A stretch of 64,000 bases of DNA from Tubiluchus corallicola (taxonomy: Eukaryota > Animalia > Priapulida): assembly GCA_030141605.1 (NCBI GenBank), contig JAQGDQ010000553.1, positions 80,221-144,220 on the forward strand. The letters run 5' to 3'. Both the position numbers and the translations under genes were made by a program. Numbering within the stretch: the stretch's first letter is position 1; each line of letters starts with the position of its first letter. The notes beneath the pieces were generated by a model. That model ran no database searches and was not told the origin of the DNA. It saw only the letters and a list, made by a program, of their open reading frames with translations. Below, in pieces: positions 1-12,561 of the stretch.

Positions 1-1146
1 TATCATTCCAGTCAAATTACTCCCCGTGTTCCTAGCACACCGCAGTCTTATGATTTTGAGTCAAAAGTCCATGAACTTCAAGAAACTGAGAGACATTTTA
101 AAGACGATAACAAGTCTTCAAAAAAGAAGTCTAAACGGTTAGACCTGGAAAGCAGAATTGAATCTTTGTTAAAAACTTCCAAAATGCTTCCAGGCGTGTC
201 AAACTTCAGCAGCCCATCTGGTGACAGTCATTCTGAAGCTGGTAAAACTCCAGTTGAAGAATCTGAGCGTAAGCAACCACATACGCCTCCTCTGCCCGCT
301 CCAGAGATTACGCCACCACCACCGCAACCTAATGACTTGCTAGGGAATCGTGTACACACGTCACAAGATTCGACGCCTTTGCAAGACGATGCAACACCAA
401 CGTATGATGAACTCAATGTCGATATTCCCGCTCCCGCTTATAGTCCGATAGGTAAACTGTCACCTGCAAACTCTACAAAGAATGACACGTCTGCACAGTC
501 AAGCACTGCAATGGAAAAACTGCAGAATGCTGTGGAAATGCTGAAAAAACAAGTAACAGCTCGTGCTGTAAAATCTACAAAAAAATCTGATAGCTCCGGT
601 TCAGACAAGATGAGCGTTTCACCACTAAGCAGCGATGAAACAAAGTTAGAGGTTACCTCCGGTGCACCTACCCTTAACTCATTACCCCAACCACTACCGG
701 GGATGCCATCTGGTTTATACCCCGTTTCGTTTATGCACATGTTTCACAGAACCGGCACTAATACACCCGCCTCAGTTGCTCAGCACAATCATTCGATGAT
801 GCCGGGCGTTGACCCAGTATTCATGCAGAATCAACAGTTTCAGGCTTCACTACCCCACGGTGCGCAGTGGAGACCTGGAATGCAAAATCCCACACAGCCT
901 CCCCTGTACATGTCTCAGTATGGCACAACTCCCTCTAATTACCCGCGATATTCTGCAAGTCATGGCGGACTACTCCCCTCTCCATCTACCTCACGATCTG
1001 GACCTGCATTGGGCACTACCGCTGAACACTTGTCATCATATCAAACGAGAGTGCTCCCAGGACGTGCAGGATTTTCTGGATTTAGACCAATGAACCAACT
1101 GCCATTGGACACCAGCGTTCTACCTGACCATGTCAGTGAACAGGAG
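1..1146 (+). CDS. SETD1: SETD1 internal exon (Pro/Ser-rich region)
   Basis: Frame open from base 1; contains [12 protein letters not shown]; donor GAG|GTAAGC at 1146/1147. Confidence 0.85.
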
Positions 1147-4100
1147 GTAAGCTTAAAACAGCATTACGCTACTTTGACTTTTCTTTCCTTTAATTTTAAC
1201 GAATTATTCGGCATCTATGACGGATAGTGACATAATAAATTAATCGAATTAATTGCAATTACAACCATGTATAAATCGATTTATTCAACCATTGAACAGT
1301 AATTCAATTAATCAAGGGCAAAATATACGTGTTGATGTACTGAACTTTTGCGTTTTTACTGAACCTTTGCGTTTTTTTTCTTCATTTTTCTTGTCTTCCA
1401 CAATGCACACAATTACAAACCATAGTGTTGCAAACTGTGGGGTCATAGTGTGCAAGATTAATCGCCATGTCGAATTACAAGAACAAAATTATAATCGAAT
1501 TGCAAAATTTCAAAATTGCCCATCACTAATGATGGAGTTGTCAAAAATAACTAATAAAGTTCATGGTAGAGGAACAAGATTCGAGCCAATTCAAAGTTTG
1601 AATGGGGTGCTTTTAAAACATATAAGAGAATTTGCTGAACATTTGAACCATGGTGCTCTATTGGTAAAGAATATATACGTGTGAACGTACATATGACATT
1701 GATTGATAGCGTACTGCTAGGATGAGAATTCGGGTAGACCTGCTGTGTTATGTTGGTTCAGATAGTAGAGCGTACATCGTGAAGTCTCAAAGTTTTGCGT
1801 TCAAGTCCTGGTTAGGCCACAGTTAATTAACGGCTTCTTTGGTTATTAACCATTAGGCTAATTGGTAAAAGCATGATATCCCTTTTTACTCAATTGGCGC
1901 AAAGTTCAGGTTAAAATCCTACACAAGCTGACCATTTTTCAATATTTCTTTCAGTATTCAGAAATGTAAACCTGTAAATAATTGACTTTAGTATTCAAAC
2001 CTTTTTCATCATTTCAGAAATATGTTGCTCAAAATTTTTTTTATAATTGTATTACCTGTACATAACTCAAGTATAACTTTCTAAGACATTAAGGTAATGA
2101 TCGAACTGACTTTGTATATGATATATCATATATAAAGTCAGTTTGATCATTACCTTAATGTCTTAGAAAGTTATATATATATATTATATATAATCATCTT
2201 CATTTGCACGTAAATTTAGAATTATATTTCACACAGATAATGTGTAAAACTCGTAAAACACCTTTTTTCTTATGCCTTTGGCTATTACTTGAATATAACT
2301 TAAATGTGGCAATAAGAATGAAATCTATTCTTCATTTGTAGACCAAAAAAGTGTAATAGTCATAACTGGCAATTTAGCTATCCCACTGTTGGATATACCT
2401 GTAGGTGTTTATTTTTAATTTTGTTAGATATGGCTTATGGTTGGTGCTTTTTCTATAGAATTCTTATTGTAAGGTATTCATTCGCAGGATCCACATGCTA
2501 AATCTGTTGAATGTGTCTTGGAAAAGTTTATCGATGATTTGAAGGAAGTCATGAAACGCGATCTTGGAAAGAGGATGGTAGAGTCATGTGCTTTTAAGGT
2601 TTTGGAGGAATGGTGGGACACGGAAGAGAAAAAGGCAAAAGCTTTCGTGGTAAGAATTGTAAATTAATTCTGCCTCAGTTTGATATTTATACTGGTGTTT
2701 TGCACTTAACAAACACAGTTTTTGCGGTGCATTCTTTTTAACTTTCAAATTTGATTTATGTTTGATTGTGCTGGAATGTCTTCAGGTACTCATCAACTAC
2801 CAAATTCCACAATTCAATCTTTTTTTCAAGTTATAAATATCACATGCCCACTAAGGGCACATAAGTGTATTTTGAAATTAAGGCTGTTAACGATACGCCT
2901 AGGTCACGATACCATATATATTATGATACTAACCTCACGATACACCTTAACGTTTGCAGGTTTTATAAAAAATTAGATGAAGCCGTTGATAATAAATGCC
3001 AAAATAGCTCCACAAACTGTTTGATATTGACTTCTTACTTGTGTAATGTGTAGACTATTGTTTGCATTGTAAGCCACGAGATACCACCAACCACACTGGT
3101 GCACTTTTGCAATAAAATATGTAACTATGCATCCATATTGTCACAGGCCTGTTTGAAATGACCATCAAGATTATGTGTTTAGCAATCAATCATACTTTCG
3201 AAGAATATCATATGACAACATCTACTGACTACAAATTTACTGCATTCTCTGTCTTATTAAACACGCCTAAATTTAATGGTTATAAAAATCTAAAGTACGG
3301 TTTACGTCATTACTGTTTTTACTTCTGCTTGTGCATGTTATAACATTTTGTACTTGAGCTTTGAACTTTTGTTATAGCCTACAAAGTATAAAGAAGAACT
3401 CCAAAAAGATCTAGAAACTGCCGGCATGGAAGAGAAGCAGAAACCTCTTCCTCCTAAAGACACCAGCGCCACTTTGCAGTCGCTGTTCGATGCAGCGCAT
3501 CCATGGCGAGAAGGTGGTTTTGGATTGTCGCAAGATTTTGGACTCGGAGTTGGATTGGGTCTCCGTGCTGCCATGCCAAAGATGCCGTCGTTCAAGGTAT
3601 CAAGTTGAACTTGTGCCTGGCTTGTTTTCTTACTTTTGTAACGCTTGTCTATTCTAAGCAGGTCATCAGTAAACCAAGAAATATTTATTGGATTGTGAAC
3701 TTTACTTAACTACTAGAGTGGTTCCATATGTGCATTGACTGAATTAATTGAATTGACTCAACCGGTTTGTGCGTAATCTTTTTCTGGGGGTACATCAGTG
3801 TGTAATAGTATGGAATTTATTACATCAGAGCATTGCTGAATCATACTGATTTAGTATGGAAGCCTCGCATGACATGAATCATACAGCCTGCAACCTTGAG
3901 AGTAGATCAGAGCAGTGACACGAAAATTCTGGGTTTTTTTTATCGAACTGAATTGCCTGGAAAGTCACTGTGGCTTAACCCCAACGAATACACTGAAACT
4001 ATCCTGAAAGACAGAGGAAAGAGATAAGCTTGTGAAACATCTACGAGACATGTTGGATGACCATGAGTACTTTGGAGTTGGTGCTTATGACATAACTTTT

Positions 4101-7100
4101 TTAAGACTGCAGACAGTGCTGGATGCTTCAAGCTTCCAAACTAAATACTGAGGGCCCAATAGATTCGCTATTGCTTCAGATATACTTTGTTGTAATATAT
4201 TGTTCTGTATTCTTGCTCATTATATCTGAATCCCTTAAAAGGGTTATGTGCCACTCTGTACATGCAGGTTTTACATAAACTTTTCTCTGCTAAGGTTACT
4301 AATTCACAAACCCTGTCATAAATACGTAATCCGCCATGAAACATTTTTGCTTTGCAGAGGCGTAAACCTCCGCCGCCTCTCGAACCCGATGAAGATGGCA
4401 AACAAGAAGAAGCTGAGAGCAGAATCCTAGATGAAGATGAAGAATCTGGTAACTGCATTAAATAATTTATTGACTTAAAAATAAGTAATATGATCTCAGT
4501 ATAGGCTATCAACCATTTGACTGCTGGGTTCGTCTGTGTTTGCTGTCTAATATTTAAGTGCATGCATCGAACATCATGAAGTGTTACAGTTTATTATCTG
4601 GTTTCCATCCAAGAGATACCCGCTCCGCTTTTTCACCAGTCAGTTCAGGCCAGCATGTCAAGAACAAAAATAATAATTGCTGGCGAGGTATTAGCTAGTT
4701 TGTGCAAACCTCGGTATTGTTTTTAAGTTGGTACAACATGCTTGGCAGTTCCTGGAGGCTGTTAATGGAGAAAAATACATGGAGACTATTAATTGTTTCT
4801 CTCTCTTTTTTCTTTTTATCAAATCTTAAATAATTTATACCTTTATATATTAAACTGATGTTTAAACTATTAGTAATTTAAAATTTGGCTAAAGCTTATA
4901 ATTCCCGCTCTAAAAGATTAGTCAGTAAAGTGAATTAGGGTTAGGATTAGGATTAGCATTGGGATTAAGGTTAGGGTTAGTGTTACGGTTAGGGTTAGGG
5001 TATTTAAAGTGTTTGGGGAATTGTAAAGTCCTTCCTAAAATTCTTTTAGTATTAGAAAGCCATTCTCATGTACTGTAGCTTGATAAATCTTGAATTTGCA
5101 TCATTTTCTAATCATTTGCATCTTCTGATAACTGGACAAATAGCATCATTATTTTTATTAAGTAGTAAGCATGAGCAGTACTTAAAAGGCACTCGAGTGT
5201 CTGTACAAATTATTTAATGAGCATGATGCCGGAAAATTCAAATTTTAATGGATGTCATTAGCTTGAAAATAACATGGTGCTCTTCTGTGACTTGCCTTGG
5301 TGATAATTATAAAGAAGTCAAAGTGGCCAATAAGTCGCAGAAAACTTTTTGTTTTCAACAGAAGCTTTCGTCATTCACAGACTTTATCAGATGTAAGGTA
5401 GAGATACAGTATTTTTATCTGCATTTTTATTATTGCATCGCTACTTTACAGCTGATAGAGTCCACGAAAGACGAAAGGTTCTGCGAAAAATAAAAAAAGT
5501 TTATGCATTAATGGAACTTTGACTTCTTTGCGATTTAATGGAAATGTTTACATTTTATTTTCTTCATTACCAAGCTTTTACAGGCATCTATTTATTTTGA
5601 TGTGGGAAGCATCTTAATGCCCAAAATAAGCACCTTTGCCTTATTTTCATTTAATAATTTTCACTAATTATCTTTTTGCTTGTTGAAGACCTAGAAATGG
5701 AAGACCGTGAGTCGACTAGTCAATCGTCAGAAAGTCAACAGCTAAAACGAAAACGACCTGTCATCTATTCCAGTGATTCTGATGCAGAAGAAGAGGAGGA
5801 GGACGAAGCTTCCACCAAAGACGAGGAACAAGGTGTGTAGAACAGCTTCATTGCAAATATGATAGTTTTCATTTACCAGAATGTTTGTGATCAGATGAAC
5901 TAATCCATTCTTTGAAGGTGCTCATTGAATTTATTCATTTGTTTTTGTGTTGAAAACTACTGGAGTTTGAACAAGAACTTTCACTTTACCTAGGATCTTG
6001 ATTTAAAGTTCTAAATTCCACCTTGTAAATTTCAGCTCTTCAAACATTTGTAGAACTAATAGATCGAAAGTATGTTTCACTTGCTATTCATAAAAAGCAT
6101 TTGCTGCCATGTATGAATTGTCCTTGTGTACGTGAAATACTCAAAGATTGTCAATTATCACATTTGCTAACAGTATACAATAAACTTTACCAAATTTGGC
6201 TCGAGAGATTCGAGATTCCTTGACGTTGTTTTGTTTAAGAAAACCTTGAAATTAGACCGGTCTTGTTTCAAAGGAACTTCAGAGTTTCAATTTGAAATTG
6301 AATAAGAAATCCTACAAGTAGTCTTTTTGTTTTTTGTGGGTTCTGTTTATTCACCTCTTTTACCCTTCTCATTCATTCCCAAATCCATGGGCTGAGTTTT
6401 GTATATACCTAATGGCTAACAGGTTTGACAGATATTGCAATCATTTCTATGGTGTCCTAGGCTATTCCTTGACTGTGACTAGTGATTTTATGCTTCTGCA
6501 TTTCTCCTTTGTGTTTTTTCTGCTGTGGTTCTTTGTCTTTCTATGTGCTTGTATCTTTTTACTGTGATATCCTATTATTTGTCAATAATTACTGAAAATA
6601 AATAAATAAATAAATAATGACAAAAGACTTCCCAAAAAATTATTTCAGTAGTTCTAGTAAACACTTATGTTTTTTCTTTCTTGACTTTTTTGACCTCAAG
6701 AATAACTACAGTGATAGTTTGAAATGAAGTGTTCTTTTTTTGTTTTGTCTTTTAATTGTGTAATTTGTTGTTTATTGTCACTACATTCGTCGTTAAGAAT
6801 TATTTTGTATTTTGTTATTAAATTTGCCCTATGTAAATTAAAATGTTAAAAATCATTGAACTTTTACTTTTATAAAATTAATGTAGACTGTGCAGGCTGT
6901 GCAAGTTACTGTTGTTTTGTCTATGTCTTTATCGTTGCCATTGTCATTTCAGCAGAGGTGGTTGCGTCTGCTATTGTTGTTGCTGTTGTTAGATTGTTTA
7001 CTGATACACTGATAGTTTTGAAATGTGTTTGTTTTGCTTAGCGGAAGAAAGCTCGGAAGAGGAATCTTCAGAAAGCAGCGAATATGAGTCGACTTCTAGC

Positions 7101-10100
7101 GAAGAGGAAGAAGAGAGCGAAGCAGAAGAGATGGTATCGGAAGCCGTAGAAAAGGAAGATGAGACCGAAGAGGGGGAGATTAAAGACAGTGAAGAGGAGC
7201 CAACTAAAGTCTGCACGGTGGCAATTGAAAAGCTAGATTCTGGAAAGACAGCTGAGGAACCGGAATCATTTGTGCCGGAACTTAAAGAAAAGGAAAAATT
7301 GCCGGAACGAAAGAATGCTTCTGAAACCGAGTCTGCCGAAGAAGGAATGGAAACAGAGATTGTGGGAGGAAAAGTGTAAGTAGCACAGATTAAATGCTGC
7401 ACATCCACAGTAAGAAATCAAAGGGAGACAAACAATGGGCAGCTTATTGTACAAACAAAAACTGCATTATTAGCCAAACACAGCCCTTGGGCAACACACT
7501 GTTGAAGTACTGATTGTTGTGTAGGCTAGCACTGTTTGTGCACACGTTTGGTATTTAAATCTGTACTAAGATGTACTAATGTGGCTTTGACAAATCTGGA
7601 CTTGTAATTTTACATACTTCTTTACATGCGAATCATTTTTTGCCCTTCTTGAAAATGCCTGTCTTGGTCTTATGGCCTGTCCACACATCGTTTTAACTCG
7701 ATGTTTCTGTGGCTTATATGAATCAACACTAGTGTGTACAGACAAGTGTCCCGACGACATGAAAAGTCAATCGTGAAAACACAATCATGTCAAAATTTAA
7801 AGTTTTGCGATCACAACACGAAATAATGACAGTGTAAAGCGTCGTATTAAATTAAGTTGTTTGCACATTTTTTATGAAATCCTTTTTGAGTGAAAACTGA
7901 AACTACTACTACAGCATATCTTTTGTGGAAAAAATTTGGTGATTTATTAGTTTTACATTGAATAAATATTAGTTTCTAATGTTTATGTTTACTTTATTTG
8001 GATTAATATGCTCTTTTCCGTGCATTTATAATTGCAAGTTTTGAAAGGTGAAAGGTAGTGTGACTTATTCTTAATATTTAAAAATTTTAGACTTATATAA
8101 AGGTAAACACAGTCTAGTCAATGAAAAAGCTTGTTCAGATTCAGATTAAGCTTGTATTCACTCTAAAATTGTGGGATTCATTTTAGTATTTCAAAGTATC
8201 AAAAAAATTGTTTTTGAATATATTATTCAAAATCATTTCTCACAATTTTTGATGTATAAATGGATAATCTACTCATTTCATTCAGTTGAAGGTGGTCTAT
8301 CATCGTAGAAACGATTTTATTGTGGCACCGATATTCGAACTTATTGTTATACGTCTTAGATGTGTTGATTTTTTTCTTATATATTTTTTGTTTTCCTTTC
8401 CTTAGTTTTAAGAAGGAAGCAAAATCAGAGCAGAAGCAACGTGAAGAAAGGTATGCTCGCATTGTGATTAATAACCATTATGTCACATTTTCAAACATTT
8501 ATTTTGCTTTTCCCCCACACCTGTAGATAATATAGATAACAATACATATTTACACATATCTAGATTGTAATATACAGGGCTTCAAAATGTAATGAAGTTT
8601 GTCTTACCTGTGCAGGAAAGTAAAGAAAGACTAAACGAAGCTTTTTTTATAACTATTGTAACTATTATCTCAACAAGCCTTCTGACAGTTAAGGTTGGTG
8701 GCTAAGGTTTAGGGTTTACGTTTACGTTTTGTGACAGAATTGCTAAATTCCACATTGGTACTACAGTACCTATAAAGAATTTATTGATTACTAGAAATGA
8801 AAATATTTTGAAGAAAAATGGTCCAGCTAACAGTGTGATACTATTTTCAGTTCGTTGGTGACTGCTGGTAATGTTAGTGATGTGCAAAAGAAGACTGAAG
8901 AATCTACGGGCATTCTGGAAAGAATTTCAAATCTTTTGGAGGAGCCTGATGTTTCTGCTAAACCAGCTGAACATGAGAGAAAGGCTGAGATAATTTCTGA
9001 TGATCGATTAGATTCACAGCCGTATTCGCCTATGTTCGATCACTGCTACAGTCGCCCCACGGACGATGCTTCCGCCAAACCTCTGTCGAGCATCGAAAAC
9101 ACCTCTCTGCTTGATCACGACTACCAGAAGGTTGACACTGTGGGTTCTGTGATTGATTCGGTGGTGGAAGTGGCCAAACAAAAGCCCGCTGTGAAGCCTA
9201 AGAGAGTGGTGAAACCTCGAAAGCCGAAACAGGTTGTGTCCGTCAGTCGCTTGAAACCAGCTGCTATGTCAAGGTTGGGAAAGAGATTTCCTCCACGTGA
9301 TCAGTTCGGTGAATGGAAAAACCTGTACGAAATCTTCAATCGGGGTTTGGACGTGGAAGACATGCTGTATATGAAGCACAGTTTTGATGCCATGGTTCAA
9401 AATGAAAACTTCAGCGATTGGTTGAGTTACACTGTTTGGGTGCCTCATCCTCAGACTAATATACCTGCTCCACCATTGCCGAAAAGACGACGGAAAGATG
9501 ATACAATACGGCCGCATCTTACTGGGTGTTCGAGAACCGAGGGTTATTACAAATTAACAATGCAAGAAAAGGCTCTCTATTTGCATCAAGCTCGTCAAGC
9601 AATGCTAGCTGAATTGTACAGTGTGGGCGATGACTCGAAGGTTTGATTTAGTAGTAATATTTAGCAACTTGAAAATTGACAATAGTGGTTAACATATTTG
9701 ACTTTGCCGTAGCAATTATTAGTTTTGTACTGGGCTTATTCGGCTACGCACTTTCCAGTCACCTAGCTTAAAATTGTAAAAAAAAATTTAACCTTATGCC
9801 GAATTGATTGCATTGATATAAAGTTCATTGATCTATTGTGCATAGAAGTGTAATTTTATGGTTATTATTGTCAATGAGTAAGATATTGAGAGAGGAATGA
9901 ATTCTCTGTTTTTTCTTTTCTTATATCAAGCTACCAATCCTTACTTCCTTCTCTCATTCACTACTAGACACTGCCTCACAAACATTTGCTTCTGACGAGA
10001 ATTTTATTTTGTTATTGAAAGATATAATTTGTATTAGCTTTCTTGTTGACAGCAGCAATGCCACGGTTAAAAAAATCAATATTTTTTGTTTACAGGATCG

Positions 10101-12465
10101 AGAGGCACTCGCTAAAAAGAAGGCAAAACTATCTAGAGAAGCAAGATCTGACCAACGACGTCTGCTCACTTCATTTGGTGATACAGTTGATTCGGATCTT
10201 CTCAAGTTTAATCAGCTTAAGGTAGAGCCCTGTTTACCATCACTTGTTTTGAATATTTTTATTACAGGCACTTAAAAACATTTATAGTTAAAACACTACA
10301 ACTTTATTAAAACTTAATTTACATAGTCAAAAATCATGTCAAACATTTCGACAGAGCTACTGCTGTCATCATCAGTGGTAAATTTTACAAACATACAACT
10401 AGCTTATATAGGCAGAGCCTATAGTATAGAAGATTATGCACTAATGTTAAATAAATAATTACATGAGAAATACATGCATACTTTTGACATGCTTTTTAAC
10501 TATGTAAATTAAAAGTTTTAATAAAGTTGTGGTGTTTTAACTGTAAATGTTTTGTTTTTAATGTGTTGTGGCTAGTAAGGCTGGGATGTTACAGTATGCA
10601 ATGCATGACTACCTGCTGTTCGGAAAAATTTGCTGTTATTGAACTTGTTAGATGCCGTGGTTACATTGCTGTTGTAGCTCAGATTACTGTGAATGCAAGA
10701 ATTAATAGTTTTAACTTCTGCATTCACCAATTTTTATTTGTCACATAAGCCAGTATTAAAGAAAAGGACAAGTCACTTTAGCATCTTAAGTTTATTTTAG
10801 TGATTTTACTAATTGTAAGAGGTGCTTATAACACCTTTATTTCTAAATCCTTCAAGCATTTTTCACAAACATTGAAATAAGCCTAACTTCCCAGATAGCT
10901 TGGCCTTTCCTTCAAGTTACCTGTATGAAATCTCTGTACCTGAATAATTATAGACATAATGTGTGGATTGTGTGATAGATACTTGGGCAATCACCGTTCA
11001 CTTGCACTCGTCTGTTTTTTCTAGTTTAGCTTAAGGTGACAGGTTAGCGTTATTTAAAGCTATTGGTCAATGGCTATTGACACCCATTTTTGTATTTAAG
11101 AGCAACAAATTTATTAACTAGGTAATGCATTTGTCATCCACATCCATTACAGGTTGTTGTCAACTTACAACATGGATTGCTTACGACTAGCAGCTTAGTG
11201 AATATACAGGGTAATTCACATCCAAATCACCTTGCGGCTGATTTGTCGGAATCAAATGTAACCACAAGTCCACAACTGCTATTTTTTAAAAATTATTCAC
11301 TAACTATACTTGCATGTTGTCCTGCATCATGGTGTGCTGTACAATTTCAAATCTTCTTTGAAATCCTAATCTTTCTTTATAATATTCAGTTCCGAAAGAA
11401 ACATCTGCAGTTTGCGAGAAGTATGATTCACGACTGGGGACTGTTTGCCAAAGAACCCATCTCGGCAGATGAAATGGTGATCGAATACGTCGGAGCAGTG
11501 GTTAGGCAGACTGTAGCTGATGAGCGTGAGAGGAAATATGAGGAAGAGGGAATCGGGAGTAGTTATCTCTTCCGGATTGACCATGATACTGTGATTGATG
11601 CAACAAAGACTGGTAACTTGGCACGTTTCATCAACCACAGTTGCAATGTAAGTGTTAGCTCGTTCTCCTGTGTTATTAGTAAGGTTTTCACGGGCACGGT
11701 TAAATTCTGTAGTCTATTTTGCTTTTCTTTGCTGGGTTGTATAGTTTTATGATACTTGTACTGGAAAATAAATGACTTCCTGTTCTTCTAAGATTAATTC
11801 AATGAGATGGCAGGGCTCTTTAGCTAAGAAAATGAAATGGCAAAGAGAAGGCTTTACAAAGAATTATCACTATCTGCGTCCAAGCCCGAAGGGTCCACAT
11901 CATACATCGCTTAGGTGCTTAGTGGCCTCAGTCTTGCATTCGAATCCCATGGTCTCTAATACGGAAATTCTTGATTACTTCTGACCTTGTCTTACTTGTG
12001 TAAAGTCTTAATAATTTCCAAAAGAAATGAATGGCAGTATGAACACTAGCTCTCAGGCTGCCAGATGTATGTCATCATCTAGCTGTATTCCCAGTGGAAA
12101 CCGTACTGGAATAAATGGAATTGAATCATGGAATAAGGATGTAAACTTGTGCGAATAGTATAAACGTGTCGTTTATGTTGTTAATACTTGTATTTATCAT
12201 TTTCAATATTATGGATGTGATTACCATTATGCTAGATAAAATAGAACACAAAAGATTGCAAATGTCTTTTCAAATCTGATTATTTTTGCAGCCAAATTGC
12301 TATGCAAAAGTGATAAACGTTGAAGGACAGAAGAAAATTGTCATCTACTCCAAGCAGCCAATCAGCATTAACGAAGAGATCACATATGATTACAAGTTCC
12401 CAATTGAAGAGAACAAAATTCCTTGTCTCTGTGGGGCTACAACTTGTCGGGGAGCTCTAAACTAA
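1..12465 (+). CDS. SETD1: SETD1/Set1-family histone H3K4 methyltransferase, 3' part (11 exons in window; 5' end outside window)
   Basis: Exons <1-1146, 2488-2649, 3378-3596, 4358-4448, 5689-5832, 7042-7375, 8406-8450, 8851-9640, 10096-10221, 11390-11647, 12292-12465. All junctions are GT-AG and phase-consistent (3489 nt). Motifs: [25 protein letters not shown]...[20 protein letters not shown]-like GCSRTEGY, n-[14 protein letters not shown] ([26 protein letters not shown]) and post-[16 protein letters not shown]. Confidence 0.95.
1225..1528. mobile_element. hAT-like MITE
   Basis: Termini TAGTGA..TCACTA; flanking 8-bp duplication ATGACGGA (1217-1224) / ATGATGGA (1529-1536); subterminal AATCGA repeats. 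Confidence 0.65.
1752..1820 (+). mobile_element. Degenerate tRNA-derived SINE head
   Basis: A-box-like TGGTTCAGATAG and B-box GTTCAAGTCC; resembles 35380-35456; no intact cloverleaf. Confidence 0.4.
2072..2175. repeat. 104-bp near-perfect palindrome (hairpin MITE-like)
   Basis: 52-bp arms, no loop, 2 mismatches; TA termini and an adjacent (TA)n run. Confidence 0.85.
2488..2649 (+). CDS. SETD1: SETD1 exon
   Basis: Acceptor ttcgcag, donor gtaag; [44 protein letters not shown] is a conserved SETD1 segment. Missed by the ORF track. Confidence 0.9.
3378..3596 (+). CDS. SETD1: SETD1 exon
   Basis: Acceptor gttatag; ends [15 protein letters not shown], donor gtatc. Confidence 0.85.
4358..4448 (+). 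CDS. SETD1: SETD1 exon
   Basis: Acceptor tttgcag; [13 protein letters not shown] continues the PSFK(x)RK motif; phase-1 donor gtaac. Confidence 0.8.
4891..5033. repeat. Short element with internal degenerate (TTAGGG)n and imperfect terminal inverted repeats
   Basis: About 11 TTAGGG-like units at 4935-5000; ends TTATAATTCCC / GGGAATTGTAA. Confidence 0.55.
5689..5832 (+). CDS. SETD1: SETD1 exon (acidic)
   Basis: Phase 1-1 exon reading [31 protein letters not shown]; donor gtgtgt. Confidence 0.7.
7042..7375 (+). CDS. SETD1: SETD1 exon (Glu/Ser-rich)
   Basis: Acceptor ttgcttag; [17 protein letters not shown]; donor GTAAGT at 7376. Confidence 0.8.
8406..8450 (+). CDS. SETD1: SETD1 45-nt micro-exon (candidate)
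   Basis: Long polypyrimidine tract plus ttag; [14 protein letters not shown]; AG|gtatgc donor; phase 2-2. Confidence 0.6.
8851..9640 (+). CDS. SETD1: SETD1 exon (HBM motifs, n-SET start, WIN motif)
   Basis: Acceptor ttttcag; DHCY and DHDY motifs, [29 protein letters not shown]; donor gtttga. Confidence 0.92.
10096..10221 (+). CDS. SETD1: SETD1 exon (n-SET RxxxRR)
   Basis: [23 protein letters not shown]; acceptor ttacag, donor gtagag. Confidence 0.93.
10275..10552. mobile_element. Foldback element with hammerhead-like core (copy 1)
   Basis: ~65-bp inverted ends (AAAACATTTATAGTTAAAACACTACAACTTTATTAAAAC / GTTTTAATAAAGTTGTGGTGTTTTAACTGTAAATGTTTT); homologous to 14908-15188. Confidence 0.75.
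10335..10380 (-). ncRNA. Minimal type-I hammerhead-ribozyme-like motif
   Basis: Minus strand reads CA CUGAUGA U GACAG cagUagcu CUGUC GAAA UG UU UGAC. Confidence 0.5.
11390..11647 (+). CDS. SETD1: SETD1 exon (SET domain)
   Basis: [42 protein letters not shown]; donor gtaagt. Confidence 0.96.
12292..12465 (+). CDS. SETD1: SETD1 last coding exon (SET C-terminus and post-SET)
   Basis: [60 protein letters not shown]. Missed by the ORF track. Confidence 0.96.
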   Translation, partial: PNCYAKVINVEGQKKIVIYSKQPISINEEITYDYKFPIEENKIPCLCGATTCRGALN

Positions 12466-12561
12466 ACTGCTAGTGGCACTGGTATGTGAGACCTTGATAA
12501 TCTTACCAAAAATAGTGTTTAATTCCTATATGATGTTGTAATCGTCCAAAAGGAACATATA

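Noticed and set aside
1253-1684. 143-aa ORF following the first SETD1 exon
   Set aside because: Lies in an intron, largely within a hAT-like MITE; no recognisable motif.
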